The notes under the pieces are model-generated. The model had not been told where the DNA came from and ran no database searches. It saw only the letters and a list, made by a program, of their open reading frames with translations. The translations under genes and the position numbers were made by a program. A stretch of DNA of 64,000 nt from Heterodontus francisci (lineage: Eukaryota), in assembly GCF_036365525.1 (NCBI RefSeq), contig NW_027140825.1:1240001-1304000 (forward strand), in the 5' to 3' direction. Shown one piece after another: positions 25,610 through 35,423 of this stretch. Every line of letters starts with the position of its first letter. Position 1 is the first letter of the stretch.

Positions 25610-25648
25610 CACAGTGACTCAGAGAGATGGAGCAGTTCAACAAAAACC
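25610..25648 (+). other. 23-RSS (V8), perfect consensus
   Basis: CACAGTG + 23 nt + ACAAAAACC. Confidence 0.97.
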
Positions 25649-25944
25649 CCAAAGGCAACAGGAAACACCTGTTTCAGATAAACCCAGACGGTGCTGCATC
25701 CTGCTGGGTGTTTTTGTCATTGGGAACATGTTTTTCACAAGAAGACAGGGCGGATTTAGATAGAAAGAGATTAGATTTCGAGACAGTGGAAAATTGCGAG
25801 ATAGAATTTCGAGGAATGATACCGATACTGAGAAGTTATAGCGATCAAAGTAGTCTGAACCAGAAAAGAGAAGACTGAAGGATAAACCTTTTGTGTTCTT
25901 CGAGAGATTCTGAAAGGGTTTAATGTGTGAAGTGCAGATTAGGT

Positions 25945-25946
25945 AC

Positions 25947-26004
<58 letters not shown>

Positions 26005-26780
26005 CGATAGATAAATAGACAGACAGACAGACATATAGACAGGTANNNNNNNNNNNNNNNNNNNNNNNNNNNNNNNNNNNNNNNNNNNNNNNNNNNNNNN
26101 NNNNNNNNNNNNNNNNNNNNNNNNNNNNNNNNNNNNNNNNNNNNNNNNNNNNNNNNNNNNNNNNNNNNNNNNNNNNNNNNNNNNNNNNNNNNNNNNNNNN
26201 NNNNAGATANNNNNNNNNNNNNNNNNNNNNNNNNNNNNNNNNNNNNNNNNNNNNNNNNNNNNNNNNNNNNNNNNNNNNNNNNNNNNNNNNNNNNNNNNNN
26301 NNNNNNNNNNNNNNNNNNNNNNNNNNNNNNNNNNNNNNNNNNNNNNNNNNNNNNNNNNNNNNNNNNNNNNNNNNNNNNNNNNNNNNNNNNNNNNNNNNNN
26401 NNNNNNNNNNNNNNNNNNNNNNNNNNNNNNNNNNNNNNNNNNNNNNNNNNNNNNNNNNNNNNNNNNNNNNNNNNNNNNNNNNNNNNNNNNNNNNNNNNNN
26501 NNNNNNNNNNNNNNNNNNNNNNNNNNNNNNNNNNNNNNNNNNNNNNNNNNNNNNNNNNNNNNNNNNNNNNNNNNNNNNNNNNNNNNNNNNNNNNNNNNNN
26601 NNNNNNNNNNNNNNNNNNNNNNNNNNNNNNNNNNNNNNNNNNNNNNNNNNNNNNNNNNNNNNNNNNNNNNNNNNNNNNNNNNNNNNNNNNNNNNNNNNNN
26701 NNNNNNNNNNNNNNNNNNNNNNNNNNNNNNNNNNNNNNNNNNNNNNNNNNNNNGATAGATAGGTAAATAGATATACAGAC
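25945..26780. repeat. (GATA)n microsatellite with N gap
   Basis: Direct inspection. Confidence 0.9.
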
Positions 26781-26825
26781 ACTGTTGTGGTTTATTCACT
26801 GACAGTGTTGTCTTTCTCCACAGTG

Positions 26826-26840
26826 ACAGCAGAGGGCGGT
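26826..26840 (+). promoter_or_regulatory. Candidate CTCF site, forward (similar motifs at 2426, 3253, 7156, 12948, 19353, 24327)
   Basis: ACAGCAGAGGGCGGT resembles the core CCASYAGRKGGCRS; motif match only. Confidence 0.5.
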
Positions 26841-27510
26841 GTTGGACCGTGATAAGGATCAGATTATTGATGATGTTTCAATAGGGACTTTGAAACTTGT
26901 CTATGAACCGCTCCTGATAATTAAATAACTACATCCCTGTTACAGACTGGTGAACTGAACACAAGGTACCGCAGATGCTGGATGGTTTCGGTTCTGGGTG
27001 CTCTGTCACTATATTGGTGCTCGTTGCATTTCTGGGTTATAAATAAATAAGGATGGAAATGTTAATCAGATCAGACAGCCTCTGTGGAGGGAGAAAAAAT
27101 ATTAGCATATCAGGTCGTAGATCTTTCAGCAGAACTGGAAGGATTTACAGATCTATTAACTTTTAAGCAGCACAAAGTCAGAGAGACGGGGAATGGGAGA
27201 AATGCAAAATAGATTGAATAACAAAACTGAGGCTGGTGCAAGACAAAGGGGAAGTTAGTGGGTCAAGTAAAGAACAAAAGATGGGTCTAGAAGAGGCAGA
27301 ACTGGCAGAAACACAATCATTACCAACAAGCCTCTGTCCAAATAAACCGGAGCAGTGGTTATGATCAGAAATTGTTAAACTAGCTGTTGAGTTCAGAAAG
27401 CTGTAAAGTGCCCAATTGAAAGATGAGGTGCTGTTCTTCGAGTTTCTGTTGAGCTTCATTGGAGCAGAGAAGGAGGTCGAGGACAGAGAGGTCAGGGTGG
27501 GAGTTTACAG

Positions 27511-29450
27511 AGTATCTGCACCCCGTGCAGATACTATAATAACAGACCCACTCAGTGACTCTCCCTGTGGAGATATTATAATAACAGACCCACTCAGTGA
27601 ATCTCCCAGTGGAGTCGGTCTGTTATTAGTGTATCTCCAAAGGGAGAGTCACTGAGTGCGTCTGTTGTTATAGTATCTCCACAAGGAGAGTCACTGAGTG
27701 GGTATGTTATTATAGTATTTCCACAGTGAGAGTCACTTTGTGGGTCTGTTATTATTGCATCTCCACAGGGAGAGTGAATGATTGTGTCTGTTATTATTGC
27801 ATCTCCACAGGGAGAGTCACTGTGTCTCTCTGTAATTATTGTATCTCAACTGGGACATTCATTGAGTGGGTCTGTTCTTATACTATCACCACAGGCAGTG
27901 TCAGTGAGTGGATCTGAAATTACAGTGTCTCCACAGTGAGAGTCACTGAGTGGGTCTGTTATTATAATATCTCCACAAGGAGGGTCACTGAGTTGGTCTG
28001 TTATTATAGTATCTCCTGAGGGAGAGTCTCTGAGTGCGGCTGTTATTATAGTATCTCCGCAGGGATGGTGAATGATTATGTCTGTTATTATAGTATCTCA
28101 AGTGGGAGAGTCAGTAAGTGTCTCTGTTGTTGTAGTATCTCCACAGGGAGAGTCACTGTGTGAATCTGTTTCTTTAGCATCTGCACAGGGGGAGCCACTG
28201 AGTGGGTCTGTTTTTGTATTATCTACACAGGGAGAGTCACTGAGTCTCTCTGGTATTATAGTATCTCCACAGGGAGACTGAATTATTGTGTCTGTTATTA
28301 TAGAATCTCCGCAGGGAGAGTCACTGAGTTGGTCTGTTATTATAGTATCTCCACAGGGAGTGTTTCTGAGTGGATCTGTTATTATAGTATCTCCACAGGG
28401 AGAGTGTATGATTGTGTCTCTTATTATAGTACCTCCTCGCGGAGAGTCATTGAGTGGGTCTGTTATTATAGTATCTCCACAGGGAGAGAAACTGAGTGTG
28501 TCTGTTATTATGGTATCTCCAGTGGGAGTGTCACTGAGTGTCTCTGGTATTACAGTATCTCCACAGGGAGAGTTAATGATTATGTCTGTTATTGCAGTCT
28601 CTGCACAGGGAGAGTCACTGAGTCGGTCAGTTATTATAGTATCTCCACAGGGAGAGTCACTGATTGGGTCTGTTATTATAGTATCTCCACAGGGAGAGTC
28701 ACTGAGTCGGTCTGTTATTATAGTATCTCCACAGAGAGAGTCACTGAGTGGGTCTGTTATTATAGTATCTCCACAGGGAGAGTCACTGAGTGGGTCTGTT
28801 ATTATTGCATCTCCACGAGGGGAGTCACTGTGTCGGTCTGCAATTATAGTATCTCAACTGGGACAATCATTGAGTGGGTCTGTTGCTGTCGCATGTCCAC
28901 AGGGAGAGTCACTGAGTGGGTCTGTTATTACACTATCTCCACAGGGAGAGTCACTGAGTGGGTCTGTTATTATAGTATATCCACAAGGAGAGTCACTGAG
29001 TTGCACTGTTATTATAGTATCTCCACAAGGAGTGTCACTGAGTTGGTCTGTTATTATCGTATCTCCACAGGGAGAGTTACTGAGTGGGTCTGTAAATATC
29101 GTATCTCAACTGGGACAATCATTGAGTGGGTCTGTTCTTAAACTATCACCACAAGGAGAGTCAGTGAGTAGATCTGAAATTGCAGTATCTCCACAGGGAG
29201 ATTCACTGAGTGCGTCTGTAATCATAGTATCTCGACAGGGAGAGTCACCGAGTGAGTCTGTTATTATAGTATCGTTAGAGAGAGAGTCTGTGAGTGTGTC
29301 TGTTATTATAGTATCTCCACTGGGAGAGCTACTGAGTGGGTCTGTTATCATAGCATCTCCACAAAGGAGAGTGACTGAGTGGGTCTGTTATTATAGTATC
29401 TCCGCAGGGAGTGTCTCTGTGTGGTTCTCTTATTATTGTATCTCCACCGT
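27511..29450. repeat. 42-bp minisatellite (~45 copies), first ~2 units inverted
   Basis: Unit ATCTCCACAGGGAGAGTCACTGAGTGGGTCTGTTATTATAGT; gives 14-aa periodic ORFs. Confidence 0.95.
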
Positions 29451-29899
29451 GTGATATCTCTCTCTCTTTCTCGCTCTCCCTTTCTGTGCCTCTCCTTCTC
29501 TCTTTCTGTCTCTGTCTCTCTTTGACCCTCTCCTTGTCACTGTCTCTCCCTCTCTCTGTCACTCTTATTCTGTCTGAATACTTTACTCTGTTTTTCTCTC
29601 ACATCATCTCTCCCTCCCACGCTGTCTCCTNNNNNNNNNNNNNNNNNNNNNNNNNNNNNNNNNNNNNNNNNNNNNNNNNNNNNNNNNNNNNNNNNNNNNN
29701 NNNNNNNNNNNNNNNNNNNNNNNNNNNNNNNNNNNNNNNNNNNNNNNNNNNNNNNNNNNNNNNNNNNNNNNNNNNNNNACTTTGCCACTGCCTGCCCCTC
29801 TCTCTGTTTCACCTTCTCTGTCTCTGTCTCTCTCACATGCTCTCTCTCCCTCTGCCTCTCTCTCTGTCTCTCCCCTTCTCTCTTTCTCTGCCTCTGTAT

Positions 29900-31290
29900 C
29901 AGAGTTGTTGCAGTGCTTAAGGAGGCCATTCGGGCCATCTTGTCTGCACTGGATTTCCGAGAGTGCAATTCTCTCAGTTCCATTACCCTGCCTTCTCTTC
30001 ATAACCCTGCACATTCTTCCTTTTCATATCACTGTCTAATTCCCTTTTGAATGCTTCAATTGAACCTGCCTCCACCACGTTCTCAGGCAGCGCATTCCAG
30101 ACATTAACCACACACTGCATGAAAAAGATTTTCCCCATGTCACTTTTGCTTCTCTGACCAAATATTTTCTGTCTGTGTCATCTCGTTCTCGATCCTTTCA
30201 CAAGTGGGAACAGTTTCTCCCTATCTGCTCTGTCCAGATCCCTCATGATGTTGAATACTTCTATCAAATCACCTCTCAGCCTTCTCTTCTCCAAGGAAAA
30301 CAGTCCTAACTTCTCCAATCTATCTTCATAACTGAAATTCCTCATCCCTGGAACCATTCTCGTGAATCTCTTCTGTACTCTGTCCAATGCCCTCACATCT
30401 TTCCTAAAGTGTGGCTCTCAGAAATGGACGCAATACTCGTGCTGAGGATGAACTAGTGTCTAATACAAGTTCTACATAACCTCCTTGCTCTTGTACTCTG
30501 TGCCCCTATTAATAAATCCCAGGATACTGTATGCTTTATTAACCACTCTCTCAACCTGACTGCCACTTTCAATGACTTCTGTACATTTACACCCAGGTCC
30601 CTCTGCTCCTGCTCCCACTTTGGAATTGTTCCCTTTATTCTATATTGTCACTCCATGTTCTTCCTACCAAAATGAATCACTTCACATTTCTATGCATTGA
30701 ACGTTATCTGCCACCTGCCTGCCCATTCCACCAACTTGTCTATGTCTTTTTGAAATTCGTCACTATCGTCCTCACAGTTCACAATGCTTCCAAGTTTCGT
30801 ATCATCTGCAAACTTTGAAATTGTGCCCTGTACACCGAGGTCTCGGTCATTAATATACATATGAAGAAACTCAAGGGTCCCAACCCTGACCCCTGGGGAA
30901 CTCCACTACAAAACTTCATTCAGCCTGAAAAACATCCATTAATCACAACTCTTTGTTTCCTGCCACTCAGCCAATTCCGTATCCATGTTGCTACCGTAGT
31001 ATTTATTCTATGAGCTACAAGTTTGCTCACACGTCTGTTGTGTGGCACTGTATCAAACGCCTTTTGAAAATCCATGTACACCACATCAACAACATTGCCC
31101 TCATCAACCCTCTCAGTTACCTCCTCAAAAAACTCCAGCCAGTTTGTTAAACATGATTTTCCCTTATGAAATCCATACTGCCTTCCCTGAATTAACTCAC
31201 ATTTATCCATGTGACTATTGATGGTGATCCGAATTATTTTTTCTGGATATTTTCTACCACCAAAGTTAAAATAACTGACCTAAAGTTGCT
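29900..31290 (-). mobile_element. CR1 LINE ORF2 fragment
   Basis: VYMDFQKAFDTVPH, RRLRGDLIEVF. Confidence 0.9.
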
Positions 31291-31299
31291 CTGGTAGTC

Positions 31300-32135
31300 T
31301 GCCCACTCTCTATCTCTGTCTCTCTCTATTTTTCTATCTTTACTCTCTTACTCCCTCTCTCTCTCTCTTTGCCCTGTCTCTCTCTCTCTCGGTCTCCCCG
31401 TCTCTCTCTGTCTCTCTCTCTGTCTCTCTGTCTGTCTCTCCCTCTGTCCCTCCCTCTGTACCTCCCTCTGTCTCTCCCGCTCTGCCTCGCTCTCTCTTGG
31501 TCTCTCCTGCTTTCACTCTCCCTCTCTCTGCCAATCCCTATCTCTCCCATCTTTCTCTTTGTCTCGGTCTCTCCCTCTACCCTGTCTCCCCAAATCTCTG
31601 TCTCTCCCAATCGTTCTCTCTGTCTCTGTCTCTCCGTCTGCATCTGTCCCTCTGTCTGTCTTTCCCTCTCCCTCTGTCCCTCCCTCTCTCCCTCTACCGC
31701 TCTATCCCTCTCTCTGCCACTCCCTCTCTGTCTGAATTTCCCTCCCCTCTGTCTCCCTTGTCTCTATCTCCCCTGTTTCTGTCTCTCCCACCTTCTCTGT
31801 CTCCCCTCTCTGTCTGTCCCTCCGTCTGTCTTTCCCTCTCCCTCTGCCCCTCCCCCTCTCCCTCCCTCTCTCTCTGTGCCGCTCCCTTTCGGTCTTTCTT
31901 TATCTCCCTCGCTGTCTCTGTCTTCCCTGTCTCGATTTCCGCTGCTTCTGTCTCTCCCTCCTTCTCTGTCTCTGTTTCTCTTTCTCGCTCTGTCTCTGTC
32001 TCCCCCCTGTCTCTCGGTCTGTTTCTTCCCTCTCTCTCTGTCTCTCCCTCTCTCTCTGTCTCTCCCTTCCCCCTATTTCTCTGCCTCTCTCTCGCTCTCT
32101 CTCTCTTTTCATCTCTCCCTTCCTCTCTCTGTCCC
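31300..32135. repeat. CT-rich low-complexity tract
   Basis: Direct inspection. Confidence 0.9.
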
Positions 32136-32194
32136 AGGACAGCAATGCTTTCAGACATGTCTTTGTTAATTTAGAACCAGTAACTCTTTCCTTT

Positions 32195-32795
32195 AGAATC
32201 ACAGAAATTTTAAGGCACAGAAAGAGGCCACTTGTCTCATCGTATCTGTGCCAGACAAATAACGATCTTCCTACTCTAATCCCACCTGCCACCCTTTGTT
32301 CCGTAGCCCTGTAGATTCAGGCACTTGAGGTGCATATCCAGACTCCTTTTGAATGACTTGAGGTTTTCCGCCTCAACTCCCCTTTCAGGCCATCTGTTCC
32401 AGACCCTCACCACCCTCTGAGTGAAAAATATTTTCCTCATCTCCCTTCTAATCTTTCTACCAATCACTTTAAGTCTATGCCCCTTCATCGCTGAGCTCTC
32501 TACTAAGGTGAATCGACCCTTCACTTCCACTCTATCCAAGCCCTTCACATTTCAGTCAGATCTCCCGTCAGCCTTCTCTGTGCCAAGGAGAACAGCCACA
32601 GCCGATCCAATCTTCCCTCATAGCTGCATTTTCCAGTTCTGGCAACATCCTCGTAAATCTCCTCTGTACCCTCTCCAGTGCAATTGCATCCTTTCTGTAA
32701 CGATGTGACCAGAACTGCACACAGTACTCGAGTTGTGGTCTAACCAATGGGTTATGCAGTTTCAGCATAACCTCCAAGCTCTTCTATTCTATACC
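32195..32795 (-). mobile_element. CR1 LINE 3' fragment
   Basis: LVRPQLEYCVQFWS, FFTQRVVRVWN. Confidence 0.9.
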
Positions 32796-33165
32796 TGCCT
32801 TGTTGGGAAGGTCACTGCAGTGTGAAAATATCAAACACTGATCCAACACTCACGCGTAAAACATTCACACTAAACTCCCAACACAGGACTGGGCAGATAA
32901 TGAGGATTGTTACTGACTGTTACATCTTGTCTCATCCTCTATTTGTCTCTGCCTCTCATGTCTGTCTCTCTCCATCTCTTTCTCTCTCTCCCTCGATCTC
33001 CTTCTCCCTCTTTCCCCGCCGCAGTCCATGACTGTGCCTGTGCCTCTCTCACACCATCTCTCCCTCTCTCTCTCCTTGGACAGAAATGGTTTCGTCCATT
33101 TATTGGTTAATTTTGAACCTGCAATTCTTGCCCTTGCTGGGGACGTCCCTGCAGTTTGAAAATAT

Positions 33166-33508
33166 GTGGGTGGCACAGTGGTGCAGTGGTTAGCACCGCA
33201 GCCTCACAGCTCCAGCGACCCGGGTTCAATTCTGCCTGTGTGGAGTTTGCAAGTTTTCCCTGTGTCTGCGTGGGTTTCCTCTGGGTGCTCCGGTTTCCCC
33301 CGACATGCCAAAGACTTGCAGGTTGATAGGTAAATTGGCCATTATAAATTGTCCCTAGTATACGTAGGTGGTCGGGAAATATAGGGACAGGTGGGGATGT
33401 GGTAGGAATATGGAATTAGTGTAGGATTAGTATATAAATGGTGGTTGATGGTCGGCACAGACTCGGTGGGCCGAAGGGCCTGTTTCAGAGCTGTATCTCT
33501 AAACTAAA
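33166..33508 (+). mobile_element. tRNA-derived V-SINE (shark HE1-like), apparently full length
   Basis: A box TGGTGCAGTGG, B box GGTTCAATTC, V-domain TGTGGAGTTTGCA..GCGTGGGTTTCCTC.GGGTGCTCCGGTTTCC, CR1-like tail ending CTAAACTAAA. Confidence 0.88.
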
Positions 33509-34284
33509 CATTTATTGGTTAATTTTGAACCTGCAATTCTTGGCCTTGCTGGGAACGTCACTGCAGTTTGAAAATATCAAACACTGATCAACACACGCTC
33601 CCTAAACTCTCACACTAAACCCCCAATACAGGACTGGGCAGATAATGGGGATTTTTACTGAGGTTCTGTCAAGGTCCCCTCACACCCTGTCTCCCTTTTC
33701 CCCTACTTCTAAAGTTTGTCAATTTTTGATAATATATTGTCCACAATAATAACTGTCCCTGCAGTTTGAAAATATGAAACACTGATCCAACAGTTCCCTC
33801 CAAAACACTCACACTAAACCCCAAATGTTTCCTTTCAAATTTAGTTTTTGCACACAGCCAGTTTTAGTTTTTAATTTTCTCTTTTTTCAAACATTATTAG
33901 ATCTAAAGTTTCTCATTTAATCCCGCCCTGTCACACTCTCTCTGTCTCTCTCTCCCTCTGTCTCTGTCCCATTCTGTCTGTGTCTCTCTCCCTCCATCTC
34001 TGTTTCCCTCTCTCCATGGACAGCAATGCTTCGAGCCATTCCGTTGTTAATTTTGAATCTGTAACTCTTGCGCTTGTTGGGAATGTCACTTCAGTTTGAG
34101 CAAAAACTCAGCCCTAAAGCACTCACACTAAATCCCCAATACCAGACGGGTCAGACAATTGACATTGTTTCTGGGGTTCTGTCAAGGTCTAATTTTACTA
34201 ACTCTACTGTCCCTCAGTCTTTCACTTCGTTTTTCTCTCCAATACTCCATTTGTTTACATTTCCCTCTCTCCTTTGTCCTGACT

Positions 34285-34765
34285 CGCCCTCCACTTTATA
34301 CGTAGAGCGAGAGCTCCCTCCACTTTATACGTAGAGAGGGAGCTCACTGCACTGTATACATAGAGAGGGAGCTCGCTCTACTGCATACGTACAGAGGGTG
34401 CTCACTCCAGTTTATACGTAGAGAGGGAGCTGCCTCCACTTTATACATAGAGAGGGAGCTGCCTCCACTTTATACGTAGAGGGGGAGCTCCCACTATTTT
34501 ATTCATAGAGGGGGAGCTCGCTCCAATTTATACATAGAGAGGGTGCTCCCTAAACTATATACATAGAGAGGGAGTTCCCTCCTCTTTATACATAGAGAGG
34601 AAGCTCCCTCCATTTAAGACATAGAGAATGAGCTCCCTCCACTTTATACATAGAGAGGGAGCTCCCTGCACTTGAAACAAAGAGAGGGAGCTTCCTCCAC
34701 TGTATACATACAGAGGGAGCTCTCTCCACTTTATGCAGAGAGAGGGAGCTCCCTCTATTTTATAC
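34285..34765. repeat. 29-bp minisatellite (~16 copies) with internal palindrome GAGGGAGCTCCCTC
   Basis: Unit CACTTTATACATAGAGAGGGAGCTCCCTC, head to tail. Confidence 0.93.
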
Positions 34766-35423
34766 AGCTGCCAAGGTGAGTTTTGAACCCTGTCCCCAGC
34801 ACATCAGGTTGGGCCTCTGGATTACTTGAGCAGTGATATTATCAATATGCGACTGCCTCCCTAATGGCTGTGTACAGTGTCTGACCCCCAATATCACCCA
34901 CAGTAGTTTCTGGGCTGTAACCCTGAACACTGTCCTGAATCAGATCCACAAAGTTCACATTTTAACTGGGGAAAAGACAGGAACAGAGTGAAACGTAATT
35001 GCTTTTGTCCCTGGATTCAGTGTCCACTGCAGACAGATCAGTTACATTTACAACAGAAATGCCAGGAGTGAATAAGGTCAATACAATAATATGGCAAATA
35101 TAAATGACGCCTCTCATAATTGTAGCATCCGTGCAGTATGAGGACGGTTTTCAGGTTCATTCCCGAGAGAGGCCTTACAAAGAAAATGTCATTGACATTG
35201 AAATGATTGTGTTTTATCCACCACATTATTTACATCAGCATCAAAGCTGCTGATGTAATGTGTTTGTTGAGGTGAGTATAACTAATAGCAATGATTAGGA
35301 GTATCACCGTGTCAGTGGAGACTTATCCCCTGTATAAATTAGGACCCAATGGATTGGATCAGCTCAGAGTGCCTGGTGGAGCTGTGGATTCCAGGCTAAT
35401 AGAAGCCTCTGCTTCTCACAGGA

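Noticed and set aside
1206-25648. IgH, IgNAR or NAR-TCR V assignment
   Set aside because: No closely linked D/J after each V as in shark Ig clusters or NAR-TCR cassettes; IHQWP/CAA/CAWS features fit TCR beta better
27722-27760. RSS at exact CACAGTG words within the minisatellite
   Set aside because: No nonamer at 12 or 23 bp and no adjacent coding segment
28288-29454. 388-aa ORF with a 14-aa repeat
   Set aside because: Consequence of a 42-bp unit lacking stops in some frames; no splice or start context
34285-34765. CRISPR-like array (29-bp palindromic repeats)
   Set aside because: Units are head to tail with no unique spacers, there are no cas genes, and the context is vertebrate
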